Shown here in pieces: positions 46,072-57,200 of a DNA stretch of 64,000 nt (positions within the stretch are counted from its first letter, which is position 1; the number at the start of each line of letters is the position of its first letter). The position numbers and the translations under genes were made by a program. The notes beneath the pieces were generated by a model, which saw only the letters and a program-made list of their open reading frames with translations, ran no database searches and was not told where the DNA came from. Source of the DNA: Myxococcales bacterium. GTDB taxonomy: Bacteria; Myxococcota_A; Bradymonadia; REDH01. The stretch covers positions 3,398 to 67,397 of the forward strand of contig CANMDT010000002.1 of the NCBI GenBank assembly GCA_947496715.1, read 5' to 3'.

Positions 46072-48846
46072 TCACGGAGAGGCACCTGGGTCGCCGCCCT
46101 CGGGGACAGGCAGATCGAGGAAGAGGAGGTCTTGGGCGTTATCGACGAAGCGCTCGTTGCGGAGGGCGGCACTCAGCCGGTCTCCGACGAGGCCGGCGAC
46201 CTGGAGGTTGGCGCCCACCTGGTTGCGGGCGATGAGGGCGCCATCGATGTCGAATGAGGTCAGGTCGCTCACCGCCTGGAGACCGCAGAGGGCGTTGTCT
46301 TGGAGCGTCAGGTTGGTGGCCGTGGTCTGCGAGCCTCGGTAGAGGACGAGGCCGCTGCCGAACCTGCCATCCCGCGCTGAGGGGAGCGTGCCTTCGATGG
46401 TGATGGAGCGCAGGTCGGCCACCGTCCCCTCGGACTGGATGAGCAGGCCGTGGGCGTGATTGCTGCGGAAGAGGGTCTCGCTGAGCGAGAGTGCTGCGCC
46501 CTGCTGCGCGGTCATGCCCACGCCGTAGGCACTGTCTGCGGCTCTGGGCGCGGTCTCTTGGATGCGGAGCCGGCTGCCGGTGAAGCGGGTGCCGGCGCCA
46601 TCAGCAAAGAGGCCCAGGTCGTGGTTTCGCCAGATGAGCGCATCTGTGACCGTGAGTTGCGCGCCCTCCTGCACATTGATGCCGCGCCCGAACTGGCTGT
46701 CCGACGTGCGCGGGAGGGTGCGAGCAATCACGGCGCGGGCAAGGTCGAGCCGGGTGCCAGCGCCTGCGACGAAGAGGCCCATGTCTCTGTTGTCGGTAAC
46801 CCAGAGGTCGCTCAGGTCGGCGGTGGCGCCGCCCTGAATGGCGAGGCCGCGCCCCCCCAGCCCGTTTGCTTCGGGGGCACCCGTGCCAACGACAAGCAGG
46901 CGGTCGCCGGTGACGGTGGTCTCGGCTGCGTCTGCGACGATGCCATGCTCAAGGTTGGAGCGGATGGCGAGATCGCGGAAGGTCAGATGCGAACCAAACA
47001 GCACCGCGAGCCCCGCGCCGAGGAGTCCGTTGCTGAGCGAAGCACGGGTGGATTCGATGGTGGTCGTGTCGAGGTCGAGGGTTGCCTCCTCGGCGGCAAC
47101 GATCCCGTACTCTCGGTTTCGCAGCAGGAGCGACTGGGCGAGCGTGGCGCTGCCGCCGAACTGAACGGATACCCCGCGGCCGTAGTTGCGTGTGACGGGG
47201 CTGGCTTGCGTATCGGCAACGAGGAGCTCTGAGGCCGTGACGGAGCTGCCGTCGCCATCTACCGAGACGCCAAACTCGTGCGCGTGGAGGATCTGCGCCT
47301 TGTCGAGTTTGACGGCTGCGCCGGCCTCGATGCTCAGTCCCCATCCCATCGTGCCATCGCCGGGCCGCGGGGCCACGCGCTCGACGGCGAGCTGGTGCGC
47401 ATCGAGCTGGCTGCCGGCGCCGGCGACGCGGATGCCCCGCTCGGTGCAGTCGCGCATCAGCACCGTGTCGAGCGTGGCTATGGCTCCCAGCTCCACGCCT
47501 AGACCCCACCCTGTGGGGGGCTGAGAGGAGGAGATCGCGACGCGGTCGACCAGGATTCTGGCTCCGTCGAAGGTAGCGCCGCGACTGAAGAAGAGCGCGG
47601 AGTCATTGACGCGCCGGACCAGCGCATCGCGCAGCGTGAGGGAGGCGCCAACTTCGGCGGCAACCCCCATCGCAACACCTGAACCGGTGGCAGATGGCTG
47701 GGTATCTTCGACAAGCAGGTCTTCGATGGTGAGCTGGGTGCCAGCATCGGCGACCACGAGGGCTAGCCCCATGGAGCGACGGATGACGGCTCCCGTGATC
47801 GTGAGCTGGCTGCCGGCGTTGACCTGCAGCGCGCGGCCACGCTTTCGGTCGGAGGGGGTGGCCTGCATGTCGGTCGCGAAGAGGTCGCGGAGCTCCGCGC
47901 GGGTGCCCTCGGTGACGAAGAGACCGCGGCCCTGCAGGGTGTGGAGGCGGAGCGCGTGGAGGCTGTGGAGGGCCTCGGTGATGCCGGACAGCGGCGCGCC
48001 GATGACCATGCCCATGCGCTCGCCTTCGAGCCGGATCTGGGCGACCGTGACGGGCGCCTCCGAGCGAATCTCAACGATCGCGGTGGTCTCGCTCGTCGTG
48101 GGTGCGTGGAGCAGGGTGGCGGAGGCGCAGGCGCCGACCAGTGCGACCGCTCGGTCGAGCAGCAGTGCTGTCTCGTAACGGCCGACAGCGGCGGCGATGA
48201 TGCCGCCCTCCGCGCGGGCGACCAGCGCATCGTCGAGCAGGCAGGGCTCCGCGCGGGTGCAGGGGGCCGCTGCGAGGCCGTCGGGTGCGGCGTAGAAGAT
48301 GGGGCCCGCCAGGCCGGGTGCTTCGCTGCGAATCGTGGCCTCGTCGTGCCAGCGGTCGGCGAGCGAGGGGCAGCTGGCGCCGAAAGGAGCACATGCTGGG
48401 TGGAGCGGTGAGGCGACCTCTTCGGGGCCGCAGTCGTTGGCCACGGCGGGGGGCTCGCAGCGGTCGAAGTCGTCGATGTCGGCCGGGGCTCCGCTGCCCA
48501 TCGTGGGCACCGCAGACCAGCCTTCGGGGCAGTCCCAGTCGCGCAACGCAGGCAGGCAGACGCCGGAGGTGCCGGGGAGGTCGGGCGGGCGGGCGATGCG
48601 CCCGCTGGCGCAGTCTGCGGCGACGCTGCCGCGCGGCTCGTCGGGGCAGAGGCCGCTGCCCTCTTCGAACCAGCAGGCGGGCGATGCTGAGCCCTCTGCG
48701 CCGCTGCCCTCTGCGCCGCTGCCCTCTGCGCCAGAGCCCTGGCCGGAACCGGCGTCAGCCTGCGGCTCGCCACCGCCCTCATCGCAGCCCATCGAGAAAA
48801 ACAGTGCGAGCGAAAAGGCTGTCTGAAAAATCCTCTGACGGCCCAT
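46072..48846 (-). CDS. Parallel beta-helix lipoprotein, long paralog; tandem neighbour of 43394-45973
   Basis: Start at MGRQRIFQTAFSLALFFSMGC. Same Cys-rich module (…CPDEPRGSVAADCASGRIA…GVCLPALRDWDCPEGW…RCEPP…). Beta-helix repeats. Overlapping plus-strand ORFs are antisense-like. Confidence 0.8.
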   Translation of the reverse strand: MGRQRIFQTAFSLALFFSMGCDEGGGEPQADAGSGQGSGAEGSGAEGSGAEGSASPACWFEEGSGLCPDEPRGSVAADCASGRIARPPDLPGTSGVCLPALRDWDCPEGWSAVPTMGSGAPADIDDFDRCEPPAVANDCGPEEVASPLHPACAPFGASCPSLADRWHDEATIRSEAPGLAGPIFYAAPDGLAAAPCTRAEPCLLDDALVARAEGGIIAAAVGRYETALLLDRAVALVGACASATLLHAPTTSETTAIVEIRSEAPVTVAQIRLEGERMGMVIGAPLSGITEALHSLHALRLHTLQGRGLFVTEGTRAELRDLFATDMQATPSDRKRGRALQVNAGSQLTITGAVIRRSMGLALVVADAGTQLTIEDLLVEDTQPSATGSGVAMGVAAEVGASLTLRDALVRRVNDSALFFSRGATFDGARILVDRVAISSSQPPTGWGLGVELGAIATLDTVLMRDCTERGIRVAGAGSQLDAHQLAVERVAPRPGDGTMGWGLSIEAGAAVKLDKAQILHAHEFGVSVDGDGSSVTASELLVADTQASPVTRNYGRGVSVQFGGSATLAQSLLLRNREYGIVAAEEATLDLDTTTIESTRASLSNGLLGAGLAVLFGSHLTFRDLAIRSNLEHGIVADAAETTVTGDRLLVVGTGAPEANGLGGRGLAIQGGATADLSDLWVTDNRDMGLFVAGAGTRLDLARAVIARTLPRTSDSQFGRGINVQEGAQLTVTDALIWRNHDLGLFADGAGTRFTGSRLRIQETAPRAADSAYGVGMTAQQGAALSLSETLFRSNHAHGLLIQSEGTVADLRSITIEGTLPSARDGRFGSGLVLYRGSQTTATNLTLQDNALCGLQAVSDLTSFDIDGALIARNQVGANLQVAGLVGDRLSAALRNERFVDNAQDLLFLDLPVPEGGDPGASP

Positions 48847-49105
48847 GCGTCCCCCCTGCAGCCCGATGTCTGCTCTGGGCCACAGTGGGCTCGAGATCTC
48901 AAGCAATTTGAGGCAGCCGGAGCGATTTTGTGGCGCTTCCGACGTATCGCGTTACCATGCGCGCAAGCCGACGGCGGGGTGTCTGATGATGCAAAGCCCG
49001 CCGCAGGTCGCACAGATGGGAGGGACGATGGGTCAGCGATGTGGTGCACTGATAAACGGGCGACCTGAGCTAAAGCATGGCTCGAGCGGGGCGCTCGCGC
49101 GCCTG

Positions 49106-50224
49106 ATGGCGCGGCTTTCACTGGCCCTGATGTTTGCCAGCTCGCTCGGCGGTTGCTCTGGCGACGCACGCTCGGAGACGCCTGCGCCGGTTGCGGCCAT
49201 CGAGGCCAACGATGGCTCTGCAGCGCCCGTTGCGCCGCCGGTCGCTCCGCCCCCAACGCCCGCGCCCATCTGGACCGAGAGCGGGCCGCTGACGCCGGAG
49301 GCCAAGGAGATTCTCCGCTCCATTGTCGCCGATCCGGCGCCGCCGGCGCTCGTGCTAGGCTCCCACTACTGGGTCTCCAACGAGTCGGCCCACGATGTGT
49401 GGCGAGAGACCATCGGCAAGCTCGGCGGTGCACTCGCCGGCGTGGGCACAGACCAGCTCTACCTGCTCGCAGGCTGGCAGGAGACGTCGCTGCTCCTCGC
49501 GCTCGACTTCGATGCCGAGGTGGTGCGGGTGCATGAGCTCTACGGTATCGCCTTTGCGAAGGCCGAGACGCCGGAGGCCTTCCTCCAGCTCTGGCGGGAT
49601 GCGGCGCGGGATGCGGGGTCGTGGGACGAGCTGCTGGCCGCTGCCGATAGCGCCGAAGCGGTGCGGAAGCGGCAGCACCGCACGCTCGACGTCGCGGGGA
49701 CCATCATCTCTGCCCGGTTGGGTCAGGTGAAGCGCCGGTATGCGAAGCTCGGAATCCCCTGCTTCCTCACCGATGCGGCGCAGTATGCGAAGGTGCGGAC
49801 GCTCTGGCAGGAGGGCCGCGTGGTCGCCCTCCGAGGAGACCTCACGGCAACCTCGGCCATGCTGACGGCTGCGGCAGCGATGCGGAAGCTGGGCGTGCCC
49901 CTCCGCACCCTCTACCTCTCCAACGCGGAGAAATACTTCGACTACAGCCCGGACTTCCGCGCCAACATCATCGCCCAGCCCTTCGACGAAAAGTCGCTCA
50001 TCCTGCGCACCCGCCACTCGCCGCGGATGGGCGCCGTGGAGGGCGATGTCTATCACTACAACACCCAGACGGGCGCCAACTTCGTCGCCTGGATGAGGGA
50101 CTCGACCATCCCAACCTCCTTTGCGCTCCTCAAGCGGCGGGTAGAAGAGACGCCGCCCGGCAAGAGCCGTATCGATGCACTCCCCACAGCGCCCGCCTCT
50201 CCTGCAACACCGACCAAACCATGA
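49106..50224 (+). CDS. Hypothetical lipoprotein (first gene of a two-gene operon with the FGE lipoprotein)
   Basis: Start chosen at MARLSLALMFASSLGGC (lipobox). No recognisable catalytic motif. Stop overlaps the next start (ATGA). Confidence 0.5.
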   Translation: MARLSLALMFASSLGGCSGDARSETPAPVAAIEANDGSAAPVAPPVAPPPTPAPIWTESGPLTPEAKEILRSIVADPAPPALVLGSHYWVSNESAHDVWRETIGKLGGALAGVGTDQLYLLAGWQETSLLLALDFDAEVVRVHELYGIAFAKAETPEAFLQLWRDAARDAGSWDELLAAADSAEAVRKRQHRTLDVAGTIISARLGQVKRRYAKLGIPCFLTDAAQYAKVRTLWQEGRVVALRGDLTATSAMLTAAAAMRKLGVPLRTLYLSNAEKYFDYSPDFRANIIAQPFDEKSLILRTRHSPRMGAVEGDVYHYNTQTGANFVAWMRDSTIPTSFALLKRRVEETPPGKSRIDALPTAPASPATPTKP

Positions 50225-51300
50225 CCCAGCGCCCGCTTCGAATGACCGCACGCACCATCGTCCCTTCGTGCGCCGCCTGGGGGACGCTGCTGCTGATCAC
50301 GCTCGCGGCAGGCTGCGCGTCGAGCGTCGGAGAGACACCGCCACCCGCTGCCCAACAAGCGCCGGAGGCGCAGCCGACCGTTGCAACAGGTACAGGCTCG
50401 GGAGCCTCCGTTGCGCCACCCGCTGAGAAGCCGTTGGAGGGCCCGCCCGGCGTTGCGGCGCCCGCGGTTGTCGACTGTGGCGCTACGCCTGCAGACATGG
50501 CCTGCGTGCCAGGTGGTTGGCACCCGCGCGGCGTCGACGAAGATCGCGACGGCTGCAAACAGGCAGACGAGCCGAGGTCGGGGCCTGCCTCGATGCCCAA
50601 GGCGTTGGTCTGGAACCAGAGCTTCTGGATGGACAGGTATGAGGTGACCATCGGCGACTACGGCCAGTGCATGCGCGCGGGCAAATGCCCCAAGGCAGCT
50701 CCGCTCTATCAGGACTTCAGTGACCCCAAGCAGCCCATGACCGGCGGCAACTGGTACGACGCAGCAGCCTACTGCACATGGCGTGGCAAGCGGCTCCCGA
50801 CCGAAGCGGAGTTCGAGCTGGCGGCACGGGGACCGGAGGGTGAGAAGACGCCCTTTGGAAACGAGCTGGTGAGTTGTGAGAACGCCGTCATCAAGGACGA
50901 GCGCGGACGCAGCTGTGGCATCACGAAGCGCGGCTCTCAGCCCGAGAAGGGGAAGGTGCTTCCGGTCGGCTCACGCGCGGCGGGCCGCTACGGCATCTTC
51001 GACCTCGTCGGAAATGCGGAGGAGTGGGTCGCCGACTGGTGGAGCCCCTCGTGGGAGTCGTGTGGCGAGGCCTGTCTGGGCATCAACCCCACGGGGCCCT
51101 GCGGCGGCGGTGCGGCGCCCTGCAAGGGTCACTCGAACAAGACGGTCCGAGGAGGGTCGTGGTACTGGGGATCGGAGTGCGCAACCGGCATCCGGCGGCG
51201 GCGTCATGTGGCCTCCAACAGCCCTCCGCATCACTTTGGCTTCCGCTGCGCGGCAGACCAGGGCAGCGCGGTGCGGCTGCCGAACGGCGGGACGAACTAG
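50221..51300 (+). CDS. FGE-sulfatase (SUMF1 / formylglycine-generating-enzyme family) domain lipoprotein
   Basis: Signal/lipobox …ITLAAGCAS. Family signatures WYDAAAYCTWRGKRLPTEAEFELAARG, GIFDLVGNAEEWVADWW and RGGSWYWG…HFGFRCAAD. Confidence 0.85.
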   Translation: MTQRPLRMTARTIVPSCAAWGTLLLITLAAGCASSVGETPPPAAQQAPEAQPTVATGTGSGASVAPPAEKPLEGPPGVAAPAVVDCGATPADMACVPGGWHPRGVDEDRDGCKQADEPRSGPASMPKALVWNQSFWMDRYEVTIGDYGQCMRAGKCPKAAPLYQDFSDPKQPMTGGNWYDAAAYCTWRGKRLPTEAEFELAARGPEGEKTPFGNELVSCENAVIKDERGRSCGITKRGSQPEKGKVLPVGSRAAGRYGIFDLVGNAEEWVADWWSPSWESCGEACLGINPTGPCGGGAAPCKGHSNKTVRGGSWYWGSECATGIRRRRHVASNSPPHHFGFRCAADQGSAVRLPNGGTN

Positions 51301-51305
51301 GCCTT

Positions 51306-52805
51306 CTACGCGGCGCGGGCGCGGAGGCGCTCGAGCAGGGCGTGGCCGCCCCAGGCGCCGGCAAAAAGCAGCAGCCCGAGCATGGGCAGCAGCCGCTGCG
51401 CCAGGCCGGCCTCGGCATCGGTCGCGGCCTGGTAGAGTGAGATCACGACCACAATGAGGCTGGCTGCAAGATAGGCGATGGGAAGCCAGGGGAAGCCGAT
51501 GAGGACCAGCCCGGTGCGGGCCTGTTCGGGCCTTCGCAGGAGGCGGAAGAGGCCGATGACGGAGAGCGAGCCGAGGAGCATCATCGCCAGGCTGGTGAGC
51601 GCGACCAGGTCTTCGAAGCGGCCCGAAAGAACGAGGATGGAGGCTGCAAAGAACTGGACGACCAAGGCACGGACGGGGGTTCCGAGTTTGGGGTCGAACT
51701 TCGCCAGCCAGCGGGGCGCGAGGCCATCTGCGGCTGCGGCTGCGGCGACGCGGGCACCGGCGAGCACACAGCCGTTCAGCGAGCCGATCAGGGCGGTGGC
51801 GATGAGGGCGGCCATGAGCATCCGAGAGCCGTCGCCGAAGAGGGCGGCCGAGACGGCGGTGCCGGCCTCGGAGGTGGTGCGGAGCCCCTCGATGCCGAGC
51901 ACCGAGACGAAGCCGGCGCACATGAGGAGGTATAGGAGCGTGATGACCAGCGTGCCGACGATGAGGCTGAAGGGGATGTTGCGCTTGGGGTCCTGAATCT
52001 CGCCGCCGACATAGGCCACGGCGTTCCAGCCAGAGTAGGCAAAATAGACCGCAGAGGCGGCCTTCACATAGCCGGCCATGGAGTCGGAGCGGGTGAGGTG
52101 GGCCGGCGAAACAGGGGCAGACCAGAGGTCGCCGGAAAAGACCGCGTAGAGCGCGCCGAGGAAGAGGAAGGCGAAGGGGACGACGGTGAGGAGCACCTGC
52201 ACACGGGAGGATAGCGTGGTTCCGACTGCGTTGATGATGGTGAGCGCGCCGATGAGGCTGATGGCGCCGAGCGACCGCCAGGAGGGCGACCAGGCGAGGT
52301 GGGAAAAGATGGGTTCGGCAGAGATATTGAGGCCCGAATGGGAGGCGATCTCGGCGAACTGAAACTCAAAGAGCGGGACGGCGGTGGTGGCGATGGAGCC
52401 CACGAAGACCCCGAAAAACAGGAGCAGGCTGGCGGAGAATGAGATGGAGGGGCCGAACGACTCGCGGAGAAAGACATAGTCTCCGCCTGCGCGCGGAAAG
52501 AGGGAGCCGAGGGCCGCGTAGACGGAGCCGCCGGCGAGCGCGACAGCGCCACCGAAGAGCCAGACCGCGAAGAATCCCGTGAGGCTCCCCACATGAGAGG
52601 CCACAAGCCCCGGCATCAGGAAGATGCCGATGCCGAGCATCGAACCGACCACGATCGATAGCGCGCCCGTAGCGCCGATCACTCTGGACGAATGCTCTGT
52701 TTCAGGAGCCTGCTGCACGCTGTTCTCTTCCCCCGGACACTGCCGCGCCGCGCAACCAGATCGGGCGGCCGGAGAGCCATAATTCCACGGATCGAATTGC
52801 GCCAA
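51306..52805 (-). CDS. APC-superfamily amino acid/polyamine permease
   Basis: 12-TM-like hydrophobic profile with the APC N-terminal pattern (…VIGATGALSIVVGSMLGIGIFLMPG…). The plus-strand overlapping ORFs are junk. Confidence 0.82.
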   Translation of the reverse strand: MAQFDPWNYGSPAARSGCAARQCPGEENSVQQAPETEHSSRVIGATGALSIVVGSMLGIGIFLMPGLVASHVGSLTGFFAVWLFGGAVALAGGSVYAALGSLFPRAGGDYVFLRESFGPSISFSASLLLFFGVFVGSIATTAVPLFEFQFAEIASHSGLNISAEPIFSHLAWSPSWRSLGAISLIGALTIINAVGTTLSSRVQVLLTVVPFAFLFLGALYAVFSGDLWSAPVSPAHLTRSDSMAGYVKAASAVYFAYSGWNAVAYVGGEIQDPKRNIPFSLIVGTLVITLLYLLMCAGFVSVLGIEGLRTTSEAGTAVSAALFGDGSRMLMAALIATALIGSLNGCVLAGARVAAAAAADGLAPRWLAKFDPKLGTPVRALVVQFFAASILVLSGRFEDLVALTSLAMMLLGSLSVIGLFRLLRRPEQARTGLVLIGFPWLPIAYLAASLIVVVISLYQAATDAEAGLAQRLLPMLGLLLFAGAWGGHALLERLRARAA

Positions 52806-52829
52806 TTCTCTGTGGAGCGACCGACGGCG

Positions 52830-54089
52830 CTACGGAGCTGGTACCGGTTTCAAACCGAAGAGTTTCGAACCGACCATCGCACCCAGCGCGCGGAGCGCGG
52901 GAAAGGAGAGTGCGTCGTAATCGTAGCGGTCGTCGTTGAAGACGCCGTCGCTGTTGGCGAGCATCCCCACGGTCACATAGGCGATACGGTCGCCGATGCG
53001 GATGCGGGCGTTGTCGAGGTGGAAGCCGTAGGCCCGACCAGCCTTGTTGGTGTAGTCGATCTGGGCGCGCGCGAGGCCGAATCCGAGCAGCCCGGGCAGC
53101 ATGGGTTTGAAGCGGGCCTCGCGGCTCTCCGCAGACACGCCATCCTTGTCTGAGAGCGGCCCGCGCATGAGGCTGAGCATGAGGCTGGTGGCCTCGGCCG
53201 TGAGCGCGGGGAGGCGGGCGGTGTCGGTCTCGGGGAGTTCGTGGAAGAGCGTGGCAAGCAGCCGCTGGAGGTCGGCGAGCGTCACCCCGTTCTTCATGCC
53301 GAAGGGCATCGGAGCCTCCACCCGAAGGCCGGAGTTGGCCTCGAGGTAGCCGATGCCAATCTCTTCGCCTGGCAGGCGGATCGTGGAGGTCGGCAGCGAA
53401 GTGACAGCACGCTCCGGCAGCCAGACAACCCGCTCGCCACCACGCATCCAGGCGACGCTGGGCAGATAGGCAGCGAGCTCACGCGGGAGGTTGTAGCCGG
53501 AGAGGCGGTGGATCACGCGAATGCTCGGAAAGCCGCCGCGATGAAAGGGCTCGTTCTGCGCCAAGGGCCCGGCCAATTCGTAGAGCGCGTTGAAAGAGCC
53601 ATTCGAAGACTCGACGAGCATCGCCTCGAGGTGCTCGGCGAGGGACTGCGGCTGGTAACCCCCGACGCGGAGGGTGTGGCCGAAGGCGTCGTCGGCCCGC
53701 CTGTCGGAGAAGAGCAGCGGCGCATCGAGCGGCGGGGTTCCCGCGCCACCCTCCGACCAGTGCGAGAGCACCGCGATGGCGGGTACGATTTTGATCGCGC
53801 TCGCCGGGTAGAGATACTCGGCATCTTCGCGATAGGTCATGAGCCGGCCGCAGGGCGCCTCGTCGGAGGGCGGCAGATAGATGCGGAGCTGCAGCCGCGT
53901 GGCACTCGCCTGCGCCGCGACCGGTCCGAGCACAGCATCCTCCTCCACCCAGCGCTTGAGCAGCGCGTCGCTCCGCTCGGGGCCATCGGCGCAGGGTGAC
54001 GGCGGTGGCGCCGCTGCTGCGGGCTGTGCGCCCATCGCCAGCGCGACGGCGCATGCTGCGATCGCGCTCCATTTCCACTCTCTCGGCAT
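52830..54089 (-). CDS. Secreted serine hydrolase, class-A beta-lactamase-like fold (tentative)
   Basis: Signal peptide. S-x-x-K element in YPASAIKIV. Size and layout compatible with Beta-lactamase2-type hydrolases. Weak assignment. Confidence 0.5.
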   Translation of the reverse strand: MPREWKWSAIAACAVALAMGAQPAAAAPPPSPCADGPERSDALLKRWVEEDAVLGPVAAQASATRLQLRIYLPPSDEAPCGRLMTYREDAEYLYPASAIKIVPAIAVLSHWSEGGAGTPPLDAPLLFSDRRADDAFGHTLRVGGYQPQSLAEHLEAMLVESSNGSFNALYELAGPLAQNEPFHRGGFPSIRVIHRLSGYNLPRELAAYLPSVAWMRGGERVVWLPERAVTSLPTSTIRLPGEEIGIGYLEANSGLRVEAPMPFGMKNGVTLADLQRLLATLFHELPETDTARLPALTAEATSLMLSLMRGPLSDKDGVSAESREARFKPMLPGLLGFGLARAQIDYTNKAGRAYGFHLDNARIRIGDRIAYVTVGMLANSDGVFNDDRYDYDALSFPALRALGAMVGSKLFGLKPVPAP

Positions 54090-54265
54090 CGCACCCTCCG
54101 GCCAATCAAATCTCCGCGGCGACGAGATGCGATCTCGCGGCAGATGTCCAATCTCTCGCCGCGTGGCTTCTCATTGGCATTCGCGCGGGCGGAGGGTATT
54201 CGCTCCAGCAGCTCGGGGGGTCCTCGGCGGCGGCACCATCACAGGGAGAGTTCGTGAATCTGCGC

Positions 54266-57200
54266 ATGAATCGTTTCAGGCGGTCGGTTTTGGCGATGGC
54301 TGCGGCGCTGGCGTGGGTCGCCATCGTCGCGACGGGCTGCACCCACATCACCCAGGGGATGCGCGAGGCGATCGACGCCGACCAGTCGGAGCAGGCCATC
54401 GTGATGGGCGAAGCCTGGATCGCCGGTGCGGCGGCGGAGACGACGAGCGACGAGCGGCTCGCGGTGATGCTGCTCATCGCAGAGGCCCGCTTCCGCGAGG
54501 CGGCGAAGGCCGACACCGACGACGCCTACCGCGAGTTTCAGCTCCGCTACCGCAATGAGGGCTGGGCGAAACAGCTCCGTGATCGGGCCTACGAGGCCGA
54601 GGCGGCCGCGACCCTTCGCGACGCGGTGATGCCGAGACCAACGCCCGAAATCCTGCTCAAGTTTGCCGCCTTCTATCCGTCGACCTCGGCGGCAGGGCAG
54701 GCGCGCGTGTTGGCGGCAGCGAAGGCGCTCGATGAGGTGGCGGCCAACCCGTCGGTGGAGGCGCTGCGGGACTATCGGGCGCAGTATGCCAGCTTCCCGG
54801 GGACGGAGCGATTCGTCGCGGAGGCCGGGGTGATGGAGTTCAAGCTGGCGCTCCGCGATGCGCTCGAAAGCCGGCGTGTGGCCAACCTGCGCGCCTTCCG
54901 TGAGCGGTACCGCCCGGTCGACGGCTCTGAGGCCGATCTGGCGACGCGGAAGCTCGAGCTCGAGCTGGCCTATGACGAGGCGCTGCAGTCGCCAACGGAG
55001 ACGAGGTGGGTGCGGTTCATCGCCACCTACCGCGGCTGGCCGGGTGCAGCGCAGAAGGTGGCGGCGGCCGAGGAGGCAATCCTCGAACTGAACTTCACAG
55101 AGGCCGTGCGGGCCGGCATCGAAGCGCTCGAACGCTTCGGCGCGGCGCACCCGAGCGAGCCCTGGCCCACGCGGGTGATGACCGCCATCAACACGATCCT
55201 GCTGGTGCCCATCGGCGGCTACCTCTCCGGTCACCCGCTGAGCCACGAAGACGTGCTCGAGCTCTGGAGCTCGTTCGCCCATCGGCCCGGGCTGCCCGAG
55301 GCCTTCGCGGCAAAGCGAGAGGCCTTTGTTGCGGCGGCCAGCGAGCGGAAAGACTCCGGCGGTCTGCTCCTGCTCTACCTGCTCGCCTCGCCCTGCCCGC
55401 TCGACGCCACCGAGGCGACCGACCTCGAGACGGCGCTCTGGAACGAGGCGATGGAGGCCGACACGGTTCCGGCCTGGGAGAGCTATCTCACGCTCGCGCC
55501 GCCGCAGCCGCGCCGCGGAGAGGCAGAGGACCGCTTCATTGCGCTGCGCGACATCGCCCGCGCCAGCAAGCGGGGGATGAGTGCGCAGGTGACCCACACC
55601 GTGGTGCGGCGCGACAGCGTCGACCTCTACGTGAACGTGACCGACTGCCACCAGGAGCGGGTCTCCGGCCTGAGCAAAGAGGCCTTCCGCCTCTATGAGG
55701 GCTCGGTCGCGCGGCCCATCAGCGCCTTCCTTGGCGTGAACGACGACAGGCCCCTCGACATCATGTTCGCCATCGATCTCTCGGGCTCCATGTCGACCGA
55801 ACAGGACGCTGTCCGTAGCTCGGTGCAGCAGTTCGCAGACCAGTTTAGCTTCCGCTGGCGGAACCTCTCGCTGGGCCTCATCACCTTCAACGAGGAGCTG
55901 GTTTCCAAGCAGCGGCCGCAGCCGAGCGCTGCAACCTTTCAGAACTGGCTGAGCGGCATGACCCGCACCTCCGGCGGCAACGGCGAAGACAGCGTTGGCG
56001 CGCTGGTCGAGTCGAGCAACCTGTTTGGAGGCCGGGCGGAGCGGGTGGTGATCGTGATGACCGACGAGGCGCTGCAGGCCAACCGCACCGGGCGGGCGCT
56101 GCTCAAGCACAAGCCGGCGGCCGACCCCTGCCTGACGCTGCAACAGGCCTCGAGCTGCTTTCAGAAGGCGACCTCTGCGGGCGGCATGAGCCGCTGCGCT
56201 GCGCAGGTGGATCGCGCCGATCCGGGCCACAAGATGGAGCGTGCGGTGCAGCAGTGCATGGCGCGCGCCGGTGTGCGCCAGTGTCAGTCGGCCGTCGCGA
56301 ATGAACTGGCACAGGCCGCCCAGCAGTGCGCTGTGCCCACGCCTGCCTGGTCGCCCGTCGTCGACGAGATTTCCGAGGAGCTCAACAAGCGAGGCACCCG
56401 CGCCTTCTTCATCGTTTCGGAGGGTCCCGAGACCTTTCACCGGCTCGGCGCAGAGCTCGGCGGGAAGGCCTACGAGGTGCCCGACGACACCACCAGCGAG
56501 GCGCCCTACACGGCCGCACTCCTCGACATCGCAGACCGGCTCAGCTCACAGTATGTCATCACCTTCAAGCGGAGCTCGCCCGACCCGGTTGACCTCTCGA
56601 AGCTGAACGTCGTGGTGCACCCGGAGAGCCTGCTCCGGACGGTCGCGACGCTCGCTGCCGAGCGCACCCGCGCCCTCCATGTGGGCGGCGATCTCACCTG
56701 CCCCGCAGCCACCGCGATCGCCGGCAACGCCACCCGCTACCGCACCACCCAGTGCGGCGCGCAGTGGGAGGCGGTGGAGGAGCTTTCAGAGGCAGGCGCC
56801 AACATCGACAGCGTCGTCCTCACCGACAGCGCCGAGTTTCACCTCTCGAGCGACCACCTGCTCACCATCCGTGGCTGGCCCTCGGATACGGTTATGGCGA
56901 CGGTCGCCGACCACAACATCACCGCCATCTACGCCGATGGCGAGGGTGGCGTCTGGGCGGAGGGGAGCTTCGAGGGTGTGCAGGCCTTTGCCTCGATCGA
57001 CAGCAGTGGGGTTGTCGGAGCCCTGCTCCCGCTCGACGCCGGAGCCGCAGCGCCCATGCTCGTCCTCAACCTCCCGAAAGGGCCCGGTTCGCGGCTCTGC
57101 TACACCGCCGATGGCCTCTCGCGGCGCTGCCGCAGCCCCAAGGAGACGGCCTGGGTGACGGAGCCCGTGCAGGGGCTGGCGACCGGCGCAGGCGTCGCGC

